Shown here: piece after piece, positions 21,249 through 31,852 of the stretch
How positions within the stretch are numbered: position 1 is the first letter of the stretch
Layout: each line of letters opens with the position of its first letter
NCBI GenBank assembly: GCA_965219415.1
Contig: CBDCNP010000002.1
Coordinates: 3,424,001-3,488,000 of the forward strand
DNA from: Candidatus Marinacidobacterales bacterium
GTDB lineage: Bacteria; Acidobacteriota; Vicinamibacteria; Marinacidobacterales; DATDRI01
Reading direction: 5' to 3'
DNA length: 64,000 nt
Notes under the pieces: generated by a model
What the model was told of the DNA's origin: nothing
What the model saw: the letters and a program-made list of their open reading frames with translations, nothing else
Database searches by the model: none
Program-made: the position numbers and the translations under genes

Positions 21249-22320
21249 TGTCCATCATCATTATTAATCCGGGACTGGACTCTAGGGCCCGGAGCGCCCT
21301 CGAGCACATGCTGGAGAGCGTGGTCAGCGCGCGAGGGAAGGTGCTGAGGACGAACTTCTCGGCGACCAGCCGAATAACGCGAGCGACCAAGCTGACTCAG
21401 GCTGCCTCTCGCCACTCGTATCGATGGTGCAGTCCACCGACTCGCGGCAGTGCGACGACTTTCGCCGTAGGAGACGGTCGGTGCGTGACCGCCCTCAAGC
21501 TCGGTGTGTCCTTGTTCAGCCCCAAGTGGCAACGGTCCTCGTGATAGTAGCTGATGTAAGCTCGCACGAGCCGGATGAGATGACATGCACCGAGAACCAC
21601 GACGTGCTCAAGGAGCTCGCGACGGCAGCTGCCGACCCACCGCTCCGCGGTTCCGTTTTGCCATGGGCTGCGAAACGAAGTGCGAACGGGTTTTGTGCCC
21701 GTTGCCTTGATGAACTCGATGACCGCAGCGTTAAAGATGAAGTCGCGATCGAAGATGAGATATCTCGGAGCGGTGTCGTAGGGAAACGCCTCGCGTAGTT
21801 GCTGAATAACCCAAGCAGACATCGGGTGGAACGTGGCGTTGAAGTGAACGATGTGCCGACGACCGTGCTCGATGACGAAGAAGCCGTACAGCAGCCGGAG
21901 CGACGCGGTGGGCACGGTGAACAGATCCATGGCGGCGATATCGTCTTTATGGTTGCGCAAGAAAGCCATCCATCGTTTCAGCTGGTCGGGCTCCGCGGGA
22001 CGCCGCGGCAGGTATCGCGACACCGTGCTCTCGGAGATGATGAAACCGAGCTTGGTGAGCTCAGCATGGATGCGTGGCGCCCCCCAGCCGTCTTGCGCCA
22101 TCGTGCGGACGAGGCGACGAATCTCGGCATCAATCCGAGGCCGACCGGGATGGCGGCGCTGCGAGATCTTTGCCCAGTACCGTCGGAATCGGTCGCGATG
22201 CCAACGGGCTACGGCGTCCTGTGCCAAAACTCGGCCCTTTTGAAATAGGCCATAAATCAGCAACTTAGTGTCTGTGTTTGCGACCGGACCAAGGGCCGTG
22301 GGCTTTACAATCGTCTTGGG
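21249..22320 (-). mobile_element. Family E element 3' part (rve core intact) followed by family B right end (22215)
   Basis: ARWHRDRF...RVGGLHHRYEWREAA open from 22214 to 21397; right end at 21249. Confidence 0.88.
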
Positions 22321-22427
22321 CGGGCGGGTCGTCACCATGCAGATGACCACCTAGTCGAGAGCGAATATCCAAGCGTGTTCGCGATCGAAGCGGACGTGGA
22401 CCGCGACGTCGCCATGAGCCCGGCGAC

Positions 22428-22684
22428 CGTGAGGTCAAAATACTCATGCGGCTTCCCGATGGTAGAAACGTAGGAGCCCGCCAAGCCGTTCACGGGAGCG
22501 CACCTTGCGCTCGGACTGAGGTAACTGGTCGCTGGCTGGGAACAGCAGTAGATTCTCCTTGCCTTGATGATTCCTCTCGTGGTCATGGTAGACGACGTAC
22601 TCCCTAAGCGCATAACGGATTCAAGCTGCCCTTGGAAAGGTGCATACTGCTGACCCGCTGGGCGTTCGAGTATTTTGACCAGAG
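22428..22684 (-). mobile_element. Internally deleted family C element (MITE-like)
   Basis: Both C termini; matches 14641-14899. Confidence 0.85.
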
Positions 22685-22868
22685 GGGTTGCGCTCTCCAT
22701 GATGAATGATGGGTGAACTCGGCCACGGACGATAGCAGGTCTAAAACGCTCAATCAACGCTGGATAGGTTTTTTGCGGAGGACAGGTCGGATCGTCGCTT
22801 TGCTGCACGACCCTCTTGACAATGGATGAAGCCGTCTCCAATAGTAGACGCTTGACGAGGGTCGGTCC

Positions 22869-24503
22869 GTGTCCGAGCATTTAGCGCATCTCCCACCCCG
22901 CGATCTCTTACCTCAGCGCGAAGCCTATGGTGTCCAGATACACATTCCGACTCGTTTGAATCTGGCCGATGAGATTCTGCGGCACCCGATGGAGTCGGGG
23001 TTGGCCGATCGACCTGCTGTCGTTTTCAAAGATCAGTCACTAACCTTTCGAGAGCTGGAAGAGAAAGCGTGCCGACTCGCCGGAGGCCTTCGCGACAGGG
23101 TCGGCATCAATACTGGGGACCGAATATTGGTGCGTTTCCCGAACCGACCCGACTTCATAGTTACCTGGTTCGCACTGCAAAAGCTCGGAGCCGTGGTCTT
23201 AGCTACGATGCCTATGCTTCGGGCCAGGGAGCTCGAGTACGTTGCCAATGACGCGGAGGTCAAGGCGGTCATCGTAGCGTCGGAGTTGTTAGAGGAAGTG
23301 GAAAAGGCTCGATCCAAGCTCACGACGAACCCGATACTGGTCGTTGCCGGCGGCAACGGTCCGGGGAGCCCCACGTTCGAGGAACTCGCGGCAGCGATTC
23401 CCATCAAGTCTTCCGTTGAGGTGGGCCGGGACGAACCCGTCCTCCTGGCTTACACCTCCGGAAGCACTGGCGTTCCCAAGGGCTGCGTTCACTTTTCCAG
23501 TGATGTCCTCGCTTCGGCCGACACCTACGGTAGGAAGATCCTGGCTCCGGAGCCCGGCGATGTGTTCACTGGACATCCGCCGATGGCCTTCACTTTCGGA
23601 CTGGGTGGACTTCTAGTCTATCCCCTCCGGTTTGGTGCGGCGACGTGCCTGATCGAACGCTTCACGCCAGAGAAAATGCTGGAAACGATCAGTCGTCACC
23701 GGGCAACGGTCGCGTTCTGCGCACCCACCTCCTATAAGCGAATGATGCAAGTGGAGGATGCCAAGAAGAGGTTCGATCTAGGAAGCCTCCGCGCTCCAGT
23801 GAGCGGGGGGGAGGTCCTTCCCGCAACCACCTTTGAACGGTGGAAGGAGATGTTCGGCCTTGAGATTTTGGAAGGCATAGGAAGCACCGAAATGTTTCAC
23901 AATTTCATATCAGCTCGCTCGGGACGAGCCCGTGCAGGCGCAACGGGCGAAGTGGTCCCCGGCTACCGGGCTCGGGTGGTGGACGATAACTTGAACGACT
24001 TGCCCACGGGCCAGCCCGGCATGCTCGCAGTCTCGGGTCCGACTGGCTGCAAATACTGGAAGAAGCCAAATCGCCAGCAGGATTACGTGCGGCGCGGATG
24101 GAACTTGCCCGGTGATCGTTTCGTCTTAAGCGAAGACGGCTACTTCCATTATCAATGCCGCGGGGACGACCTCATCATCACCTCGGGCTACAACGTGGCT
24201 GGACCCGAGGTGGAAAGCGTGCTTATGGAGCACCGGTCGGTTGCGGAAGTCGCCGTCGTAGCATCTCCCGACGAGCTTCGCGGCTACCTCGTCAAGGCCT
24301 TCGTGATCCTTAAGGACGGTGTCGAAGGAGACACGGCGCTGGTGGAGGAGCTTCAAGAGCACGTGCGCCAGCAGCTCGCGCCGTACAAGTATCCCCGAGA
24401 AGTGGAGTTCATCAACGAGCTTCCCCGCACCGAGACCGGGAAGATCCGGCGGGTTGCGCTCCGAAAGAGGGAGATCGAGAAAAAACAAAGGACGTTGGGC
24501 TAG
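22869..24503 (+). CDS. Benzoate/2-aminobenzoate-CoA ligase family AMP-dependent synthetase
   Basis: YTSGSTGVPKG, PPMAFTFGLGG, GIGSTEMFH, APYKYPR, LPRTETGK. Confidence 0.9.
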   Translation: MSEHLAHLPPRDLLPQREAYGVQIHIPTRLNLADEILRHPMESGLADRPAVVFKDQSLTFRELEEKACRLAGGLRDRVGINTGDRILVRFPNRPDFIVTWFALQKLGAVVLATMPMLRARELEYVANDAEVKAVIVASELLEEVEKARSKLTTNPILVVAGGNGPGSPTFEELAAAIPIKSSVEVGRDEPVLLAYTSGSTGVPKGCVHFSSDVLASADTYGRKILAPEPGDVFTGHPPMAFTFGLGGLLVYPLRFGAATCLIERFTPEKMLETISRHRATVAFCAPTSYKRMMQVEDAKKRFDLGSLRAPVSGGEVLPATTFERWKEMFGLEILEGIGSTEMFHNFISARSGRARAGATGEVVPGYRARVVDDNLNDLPTGQPGMLAVSGPTGCKYWKKPNRQQDYVRRGWNLPGDRFVLSEDGYFHYQCRGDDLIITSGYNVAGPEVESVLMEHRSVAEVAVVASPDELRGYLVKAFVILKDGVEGDTALVEELQEHVRQQLAPYKYPREVEFINELPRTETGKIRRVALRKREIEKKQRTLG

Positions 24504-24611
24504 TCCAGATCTTCTGGACTTTGCCTTTGAAACGGCCGGCCGATTGTTCTCCCGAGCGGGAGCGTATAGACTCCCTCCGGCTTGTCCTTCGCAAACGAAC
24601 GGTTTCGAACC

Positions 24612-25810
24612 CGTCTGGTCAAAATACTCGAACGCCCAGCGGGTCAGCAGTTTGCACCTTCGCAAAGGCCGCTTGAATCCGCCATCGCTGTCGGATACGT
24701 ATTCCAGTTCAGCGGAAGGAGTTGCGATGGACTGGAAGACCATGCTGAGCTACATCTCAGGGTCCGTGGATGAGGAGTTGCTCCTGCGCAACGAGTATCT
24801 TGTGGCCGAGAATCGAGTTCTTCGAAATCAGGTCCAGGGTCGCTTGCACCTGACCGATGGCGAACGGCGGTCTCTGGCCGAGCTCGGAAAGCGTCTGGGT
24901 AAGCAAGCCCTTGATGAGATCGCGAGTATCGTGAATCCCGACACGATCTTGGGTTGGCACCGGAGGCTTGTCGCGAAGAAGTTCGACAGCTCCGAGAACC
25001 GTCCGTATCCAGGGCGACCGCGGATCGACGCCGACATCGAAGAGCTGGTAGTGCGTCTCGCCAAGGAGAACAAGTCCTGGGGTTACGACCGGATTGCAGG
25101 GGCGCTAGCCAACGTTGGGCATGAAGTGGCCGACCAAACCGTCGGTAACATTCTGAAACGCCACGGCATTCCGCTCGCACCAGAGCGTCGGAAGACCACG
25201 ACGTGGAGGGAGTTCATCCGCTCGCACATGGACGTGCTCGCGGCGACAGATTTCTTCACCACGCAAGTGTGGACTCAGGGCGGGTTGGTGACGTACTACG
25301 TTCTGTTCTTCATGCACCTGGCTACCCGTCGAGTCCACGTCGCCGGCATCACGCCGCATCCGAACGAACAGTGGATGACTCAAGTGGCTCGCAACGTGAC
25401 CATGGCAGATGTCGGCTTTCTGTCATCGAGCCGATACCTCATTCACGACCGGGACTCGAAGTTCTGCGAGTCGTTCCACCGGACCATCGAGGCGGTTGGC
25501 GTCGCGCCCGTCAAGCTGCCCGCACGGAGCCCGGATTTGAACTCGTTCGCGGAGCGCTGGGTGAAGTCAGTCAAAGAGGAATGTCTCTCGAAGCTCATCC
25601 TGTTCGGCGAGAAATCGCTACGTCATGCGCTTAGGGAGTACGTCGTCTACTATCACCACGAGAGGAATCATCAAGGCAAGGAGAATCTGCTGCTGTTCCC
25701 AGCCAGCGACCAGTTACCTCAGTCCGAGCGCAAGGTGCGCTCCCGTGAACGGCTTGGCGGGTTGCTACGTTTCTACCATCGGGAAGCCGCTTGAGTATTT
25801 TGACCTCACG
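24612..25810 (+). mobile_element. Family C IS481-like element, full length
   Basis: 1199 bp between IRs; flanks do not match each other. Confidence 0.9.
24727..25794 (+). CDS. Integrase core (rve) DDE transposase, family C
   Basis: Near-identical to 12184-13251; RBS aaggag. Confidence 0.93.
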   Translation: MDWKTMLSYISGSVDEELLLRNEYLVAENRVLRNQVQGRLHLTDGERRSLAELGKRLGKQALDEIASIVNPDTILGWHRRLVAKKFDSSENRPYPGRPRIDADIEELVVRLAKENKSWGYDRIAGALANVGHEVADQTVGNILKRHGIPLAPERRKTTTWREFIRSHMDVLAATDFFTTQVWTQGGLVTYYVLFFMHLATRRVHVAGITPHPNEQWMTQVARNVTMADVGFLSSSRYLIHDRDSKFCESFHRTIEAVGVAPVKLPARSPDLNSFAERWVKSVKEECLSKLILFGEKSLRHALREYVVYYHHERNHQGKENLLLFPASDQLPQSERKVRSRERLGGLLRFYHREAA

Positions 25811-25884
25811 CCGAGGCGGCTGCGCTTTTCACCGAACTTCTCCAGGAAATGCATGACACTCTCCTCGCCGATGAGGACTAGCTT

Positions 25885-26457
25885 GTGGCTCTCCAACGTG
25901 GATTCAAAGCCGAGGCCGAGCGCCTCGCGAAGGACATCTGGAGCGCGATGCGCCTCACGCCCAGCGATTGCATGGACGCCGTGGACCTCGCCAAGCACGT
26001 GGGCTGCGTCGTTCGCTCCGCGGACGCGCTCGTCGACATCGCGAAGCTCAAGGAACTCAAGCGAATCCAAGACGATGCGTTCTTCGCTTGCACGTTCAAA
26101 CTTCCCGGCGATCGCCACGCCATTGTCTTCAACCCGTTAATGCCAGATACAAGGCGGAACAGCGATGTCGCCCATGAGGTCGCTCATATCGTTCTCGACC
26201 ATCGCCTCTCGCGTCTCGAACGGCTCGGCAACGTCGCGTTCCTCTCCTGCGACAAGCAACAAGAGGAAGAGGCCGCATGGCTTTCCGGGTGCCTCCTCCT
26301 TCCGCGGTTCGCTCTGAGCCACGACGTGACGAAGCGCATGGCGTCCAAGACCATCGCAGAGAACCGGGTGTTGAGCAATGACATGGTGGACTATCGCGTG
26401 CGGGTCACCGGGGTCGCACGACAACTCGCTGCCGGCAGGCGCGGGCACTCTTACTGA
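25885..26457 (+). CDS. ImmA/IrrE family metallopeptidase
   Basis: RGFKAEAE, RRNSDVAHEVAH (HEXXH), QEEEAAWLSGCLLLP; tail of an upstream gene survives at 25811-25881. Confidence 0.88.
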   Translation: MALQRGFKAEAERLAKDIWSAMRLTPSDCMDAVDLAKHVGCVVRSADALVDIAKLKELKRIQDDAFFACTFKLPGDRHAIVFNPLMPDTRRNSDVAHEVAHIVLDHRLSRLERLGNVAFLSCDKQQEEEAAWLSGCLLLPRFALSHDVTKRMASKTIAENRVLSNDMVDYRVRVTGVARQLAAGRRGHSY

Positions 26458-26483
26458 ATTCGTCCGGGGGGGCTCGTCGAACC

Positions 26484-26630
26484 CGTCCTGTGCCAAAACT
26501 CGGCCCTTTAGAAATAGACCACAAATCAGCAGCTTAGACGCCCTTGGAATCCGCGCAGAATCCAGGGTATTTCGCGCCGCAGGGCTGACTTCCGACCCAT
26601 GGGCTGGCGGATGAATAAATAGAAGGCACA
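26484..26630 (-). mobile_element. Family B MITE type 1 (147 bp)
   Basis: cgtcctgtgccaaaactc...aatagaaggcaca; near-identical at 33299 and 52910. Confidence 0.88.
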
Positions 26631-27109
26631 GGACGCCTCTCGCGCCGGCCGTCGTCCGAAGCCTAGAGGAAGCCGGTAATCAGCTGCTGACCTTCTACGA
26701 ATTCCCTCGTGCCATGTGGAAATCGATTCGAACGACCAATGCTCTGGAGAATCTCAACCGCGAGTTTCGACGCCGGACAAAAACCCAAGCGTCGTTCTCC
26801 AGCGAGGAGTCTGCGGTCGCTTTGCTGTTTGGGCTTATCGCCTCTGGCCAGATTCAACTACGACGCATCGACGGCTACCAACGTCTGAGCGAGGTTCTCG
26901 AACACGCGGAGGTTGCCGCCTGATATGATACTCTGATGACGGAGTGGAGGGCGCCGTTCTTTTTCCACGGACCTCGGGACACATCCCGCATCGACGGCTA
27001 CCAACACCTAGCCGACGTTTTCGGCCGAAGCGAGGTCGCTGCTTGATCTGATACCGTGACGATGAAGTGGAGGAGCGCCGTTCTTTTTCCACGGACATCG
27101 GGACGCATC
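26631..27109 (+). mobile_element. IS256 family 3' fragment with tandem diverged right ends
   Basis: WKSIRTTNALENLNREFRRRTK to 26923; ~120-bp unit repeated (26865-26986, 26987-27109). Confidence 0.82.
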
Positions 27110-27194
27110 CGTCGCGACACAGTCACGGAGCTTGCTGTATAGTCCTCCTGAGGCGAGACGTGTCTGTGTCCACTCGCAGATAGATCGAAGTGTC

Positions 27195-28778
27195 ATGCGC
27201 GTATTCTTGATTCACATTCGCGACCCTCAGTTCTACGCGCTGCCTTCAACAACCGCTGCCCGGAACGGCAACATTCGGGTGATGGGGTTCCCTCCCATCG
27301 GCATCATGTCGCTCTCGGCTGTCCTCAAACGCGATGGTCATGAGTGCGTCATGTTCGACCAGGCCAATCCGGAAACACCGAACGAAGTCATCCTGGAGGA
27401 GATCCGACGGCAGCGGCCGGAGCTGGTGGGCTTGAGCTTTCTGAGCACCACCAGCTACCCCTATGCGAAATTGCTCCTCCGGCAGATTCGAGCGACCGAT
27501 AGAGCGGTGCGACTCGCTTTCGGCGGGGTGTTCGCCACCTTGAATGCCGAGCGGGTGAAGCTACAGTGTCCCGAAGTCGATTTCGTGTGCCGGGGCGACG
27601 GGGAACAATTGATTCTGGACCTCGTAGAACGATTGGACGACCCCACCGGCGTTGCCGGAGTCACCTGGGTCAAGGACGGCGAGCTCGTTCACAATCCCGA
27701 CCGGCCGCTGGATCGCGACCTCGACCAGTGGCCATTTCCCGACCGAGATAGCCTCCCACTGGACTTCATCGAGTCGATGCCTCTCGACGTCCCCGCGGTC
27801 CTGTCCCTGGAGCGGTTTACCACCATGCAGACCTCGCGCGGTTGCCCCTGGCCCTGTGTGTTCTGTGATATTCCCGTCTTCAGTGAAGGAAAGTGGCGCT
27901 CGCGCAGTCCCGAGCATGTCGTAGCCGAGCTCGACCACCTGCAAGCGTTAGGCTATGGATCGGTCTATTTCGTGGACGACCACTTTCTGCTGCAACCCAA
28001 GCGGATCGAGTCCATCTGCAAGGGAATCAATGACAGCGGCATCACGATCGAATGGGGCTGCGAAGGGCGCGTCGACTCGGTTTGCCAACACCTTTTTCCA
28101 GCCATGGCCAAGGCCCACTGCCGGACGCTCATGCTAGGGATCGAGAGCGGCAGCCAGAAGGTGCTCGACCGACTCAAGAAGGAGCAGACGCTCGCCGAGG
28201 TCGAGACCACGGTGAGCAATGCCAAGGCGGCCGGAATCGAAATCGTGCACGGGTTTTTCGTCGTTGGAAGTCCGGGCGAGACGGCCGACGACGTCCGCGC
28301 CACCTTCGACTTTGCGTCGAGGCTTGCTTTAGACACGTTCGGCTTCAACCGCCTGTGCGTCTACCGCGGGACCCCCCTCTGGCACGAGTACGTCGAGCGC
28401 GGCCTCGTTGACGACGCGAACGATTGGTACAAGTATTTCAAGTGCACCGAGATCGACCCCACCTGCCTGTCCGGCGAGGCGGTGAACGCCGAGCGCTCGG
28501 CCGGCTTGCGACGTTTGTTCCGCTACAAAATCAGGCACTACCCGCTTCAGACCCTCCGCCTGCTGTGGCGTTTTCTCCGTCATATGCCGATACGCGACGT
28601 GGCCTACCTGATCGTCAAGCCGTTTCTCGGGGCGAAGCGCGGAGAGACCAAGGCCGAGGTGATGTCGCGCGCCGTCGAGCACGGGGCGTCCAAGGATGCG
28701 GCAGCGGATCTCACGAAGGTGAGCGACGACATCCTCTTGAAGACACACGACTCACAGCCCGAGCACCGCGCCCAATAG
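27195..28778 (+). CDS. B12-binding domain radical SAM protein
   Basis: PPIGIMSLSAVL, GGVFAT, TSRGCPWPCVFC (CxxxCxxC), YFVDDHF, GIESGSQ, VGSPGET. Confidence 0.92.
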   Translation: MRVFLIHIRDPQFYALPSTTAARNGNIRVMGFPPIGIMSLSAVLKRDGHECVMFDQANPETPNEVILEEIRRQRPELVGLSFLSTTSYPYAKLLLRQIRATDRAVRLAFGGVFATLNAERVKLQCPEVDFVCRGDGEQLILDLVERLDDPTGVAGVTWVKDGELVHNPDRPLDRDLDQWPFPDRDSLPLDFIESMPLDVPAVLSLERFTTMQTSRGCPWPCVFCDIPVFSEGKWRSRSPEHVVAELDHLQALGYGSVYFVDDHFLLQPKRIESICKGINDSGITIEWGCEGRVDSVCQHLFPAMAKAHCRTLMLGIESGSQKVLDRLKKEQTLAEVETTVSNAKAAGIEIVHGFFVVGSPGETADDVRATFDFASRLALDTFGFNRLCVYRGTPLWHEYVERGLVDDANDWYKYFKCTEIDPTCLSGEAVNAERSAGLRRLFRYKIRHYPLQTLRLLWRFLRHMPIRDVAYLIVKPFLGAKRGETKAEVMSRAVEHGASKDAAADLTKVSDDILLKTHDSQPEHRAQ

Positions 28779-29214
28779 CTTTGGTGGTTGCCCCGGTCGC
28801 TTAGCGACGGACGTTCCCGAGGACAACGATCGGGAGCAAGGCCCGTTGTGATCCGCAAAAAAGAAGATCGCGTATGGACGGGCAGACAAGCGATGAGAGC
28901 GACATCCCCGTATGGTGCAAATAGTACGTCGAACTCGACGTCGGCCTTGTGGAGGGTCGATGACCGGATCTGCGCGAAGCGAGGATTCGATGGGCCGCCA
29001 GCCGAGGTCAATGCCACAGCCGAGGTCAATGCCACGACGATACGAAACCCACGGGGCTGACCTCGAGCTACCTCCTCCATCATCCGCTTCCCGACGATTG
29101 GGAGGAAGCAGCGTGCCCTCGTCGCAACGCTGTGAGGCAGGTCACGTTGTAAGCCAACCTGCGGCCGCGGCCACGCTCGCTCTTGATCTCCATCAGTCGG
29201 CGAACGGCATCACC

Positions 29215-29439
29215 TGTGCCTTCTATTTATTCATCCGGGCGCCCCGAACTTGATTAGTCTCCGGTCTGCCGGCACCATACCTGCTTGATTTCGTCGTTTG
29301 TTCGCGCTCTCATCTCCGCCTTCAAGGCCGTCTGGTCAAAATACTCGAACGCTCAATGGGTCAGCAGTTTGCACCTTACGGCTTGGCGGGTTGCTAAGTT
29401 TCTACCATCGGGAAGCCGCATGAGTATTTTGACCTCACG
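29215..29439 (+). mobile_element. Family B left end plus minimal family C deletion derivative (29329-29439)
   Basis: Direct matches to both repeat families. Confidence 0.8.
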
Positions 29440-30184
29440 ACCTCTCTCGTGGCCAAAGAGTTCGGATTCCACGAGTTCAGCTGGTATAGCGCCGCAGTTG
29501 ACCGCTTTGAAGGTTGATCCCGCCGTGGACTGGCTCTGTAGATCGACCGGGCAAGCAACTCTTTCCCTGTGCCAGACTCGCCCTCTAAAAGGATCGGCAC
29601 TGATCGCGGAGCAACACGCCGCGCCTTGGCGATCACGCGAGCCATGGCTCGACTGCGGTGAATGATGTCAGCGAATTCGGGAGCCTCGGGAGGAAGCCCG
29701 GCGGCCAACTTCTCGAGGCGTTCGTCCGAACCTCGGAGGAGATCCGGTATGAACTCGGCCGACATGTCGAAGGGCACGGATGCCGTCCGTACGCCATGCT
29801 TAAGCGAGGACTCGATCAACTCACCTGGGAAGCGCGTCTTGGCCAGGATAATCCAGACCGCCGTCATGGCGGGAGTCCCTGGGCTCAGATGAAAGGTCAG
29901 CTCGGAATCCTTGCCGTAACGCACGAGTGACTCGGTCACGACCCGAACCGCTACTTCGTATATCTCGCCGAATTGCGTGGGACCAGACAACGACTTGTGG
30001 CATACGGCCACTTGTGCCTTGGTCTGAGGCCGGAGCCATTCTAGGAACGGCATCACCTCTTTTTCGGGATAATCGCTTATCAGCACGGCAGCGTCGTAGG
30101 AGCGCGTGCTGAGCGCTTGGGCGATCGGCCCTTTACCGACAAGCGGCTCTTCCTGGGGCGCTCGAAGATCAGTTTGGCCGACCC
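29440..30184 (-). pseudogene. Sigma-54-interacting ATPase with RtcR/CARF-like N-terminal domain, truncated at both ends
   Basis: GQTDL...GPIAQAL, FHLSPGTPAM, Walker [13 protein letters not shown]; bounded by B and C ends. Confidence 0.8.
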
Positions 30185-30362
30185 CGTCCTGTGCCAAAAC
30201 TCGGCCCTTTCGAAATAGGCCATAAATCAGCAACTTAGAGTCTGTGTTTGCGGCCGTGCCCAGGGCCGAGCGCAAACAAACGACGAAATCATGCAGGCAT
30301 AGTCCCGGCAGATCGGAGACCGATCAGGTTCGGGGCGCGCGGATGAATAAATAGAAGGCACA
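30185..30362 (-). mobile_element. Family B MITE type 2 (178 bp)
   Basis: Near-identical to 39129-39306 and 11250-11426. Confidence 0.88.
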
Positions 30363-30536
30363 GGGTACCATGCGTGGCGGTAGCGTGGGCGGAGTCAGTG
30401 AACCTGCGACGAGACCCAGGTGGGCGACGACGGGAGGCGACCTCATTCGGGCAGGGGTGCCGGTGCGTCGGGATGTTGCTCATCGGCCACATGCCGGGTG
30501 TCTCGCTGTCACTAGCTAGCTACAGAGGATGAGATC

Positions 30537-30905
30537 ATGCGAACTATATTGATTGTCGTGTCAATGGCGGCGCTTTCTGTTGGATGTCGGCAGAACCCGT
30601 TGGCTGAGTTGCAAGAAGATGCTCAGGAGGTATTTGACGACGCGCGGACGAGGGCAGAGGAAGTGCGCGAACTGTCAGCAGAAGAACTCGAGGACCTCTG
30701 GGCGATCGAATACACGTCACTCGAGGTGACAGAAGCTGATCTCGGTGGCGTGGACGAGCGGCTCAATAAGATGGGACGAGAGCGGTGGGAGTGCTATCAC
30801 GTCAGTGGGCATGAGCAAGGAACGGTCTTTTACTTCAAAAGACGCAAGTCGAACGGGATCGCCTACCTAACTAATCTGCTGAGGGTAGGTGCGATCACAT
30901 TCTAG
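30537..30905 (+). CDS. Small hypothetical lipoprotein (DUF4177-like C-terminus)
   Basis: Lipobox LSVGC; EY...LNKMGRERWECY...FYFKR. Confidence 0.65.
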   Translation: MRTILIVVSMAALSVGCRQNPLAELQEDAQEVFDDARTRAEEVRELSAEELEDLWAIEYTSLEVTEADLGGVDERLNKMGRERWECYHVSGHEQGTVFYFKRRKSNGIAYLTNLLRVGAITF

Positions 30906-31029
30906 AGTGACCGCACCGGACCGGCCACGGTGGTGTGGATGAGACGGCGCACCGCGTCCTGTGCCCAAACTCGGCCCTTGGTGGATAGAGTCTTGGAGGG
31001 TTCGGTTGTATTTTTGGACACGACGCGTT

Positions 31030-31708
31030 TCACCCGACAGCGGAAGGCGCGCGAGCTCGGTGCCCGCATGGAGTCTCCCTGTCAGGTTCGTGAGCTCGAC
31101 TTGCGTTGGGGTGAGCTGCGCGGCGTCAAGACCTCGATCGGTAACTTCGAGCTCGACGTACTCGTCGTGGCGGCGGGGGTCGACACGCCGCAGGTAGCGG
31201 CGATGGCCGGGCTCCGCGTGCCGCTGAAAGATTCTCCCGGCCTCCTCGCCCACACGAAGCCCACCGCTGAGTTCATCGGCCGGGTCGTCTCGCTCCCGGC
31301 GCCCATATGAAGCAGAAACTCGACGGACGCGTCGTCACCGGGAGCGGCTTCGGGGGCAGCCCTACTACGGATACCTCGAGAGAGCAGGGCGAGCGGATGC
31401 TCGAAGAGGCCGAGCAGTTCCTCCCCCGGCTTGGCGGAGCGGAGCTCGAGCGGGTCACCCTCGGATGGCGCCCACTTCCCGAGGATGATCGTCCGATCGT
31501 CGGCTTCAGCGACGGCGCTCCCGACGTCTACATCGTCGTCATGCACAGCGGGGTCACGCAAGCGCCAATCATGGGCCGGCTCGTCGCCATGGAGATCCTG
31601 GACGACGTGCGTGTGGATTTACTGAAGGACTTCCGGCTCTCCGTTTCGAGGGGAAACGAGAGACCGGCGTCTCCTTGCTCCGATGAACTTCAGCCAGCCA
31701 CCCGTTAG
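31030..31708 (+). pseudogene. FAD-dependent oxidoreductase (DAO family), 3' fragment with frameshift
   Basis: DVLVVAAG, GWRPLPEDDRPIVG, HSGVTQAPIMG; 5' part replaced by IS ends near 30955-31027. Confidence 0.8.
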
Positions 31709-31852
31709 GGGATCTAATTGTGAGCAACCGGCGCATCTGCGCCGCCCTAATCGGTTCGCCCTTTGTCACACAGCCCAGGGTGATTCAGAGATTTCTTCAG
31801 TCGATTCGCATCCCCCCTCTGGCAAGCTACTGGAGCGACAAACGCAACGAAA

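Noticed and set aside
24319-24726. N-terminal extensions in the ORF track (also 884-2107, 12184-13524, 21397-22350, 29394-30275, 34384-35829, 38148-39167)
   Set aside because: Chance read-through across IS boundaries; starts were reassigned using IRs and RBS
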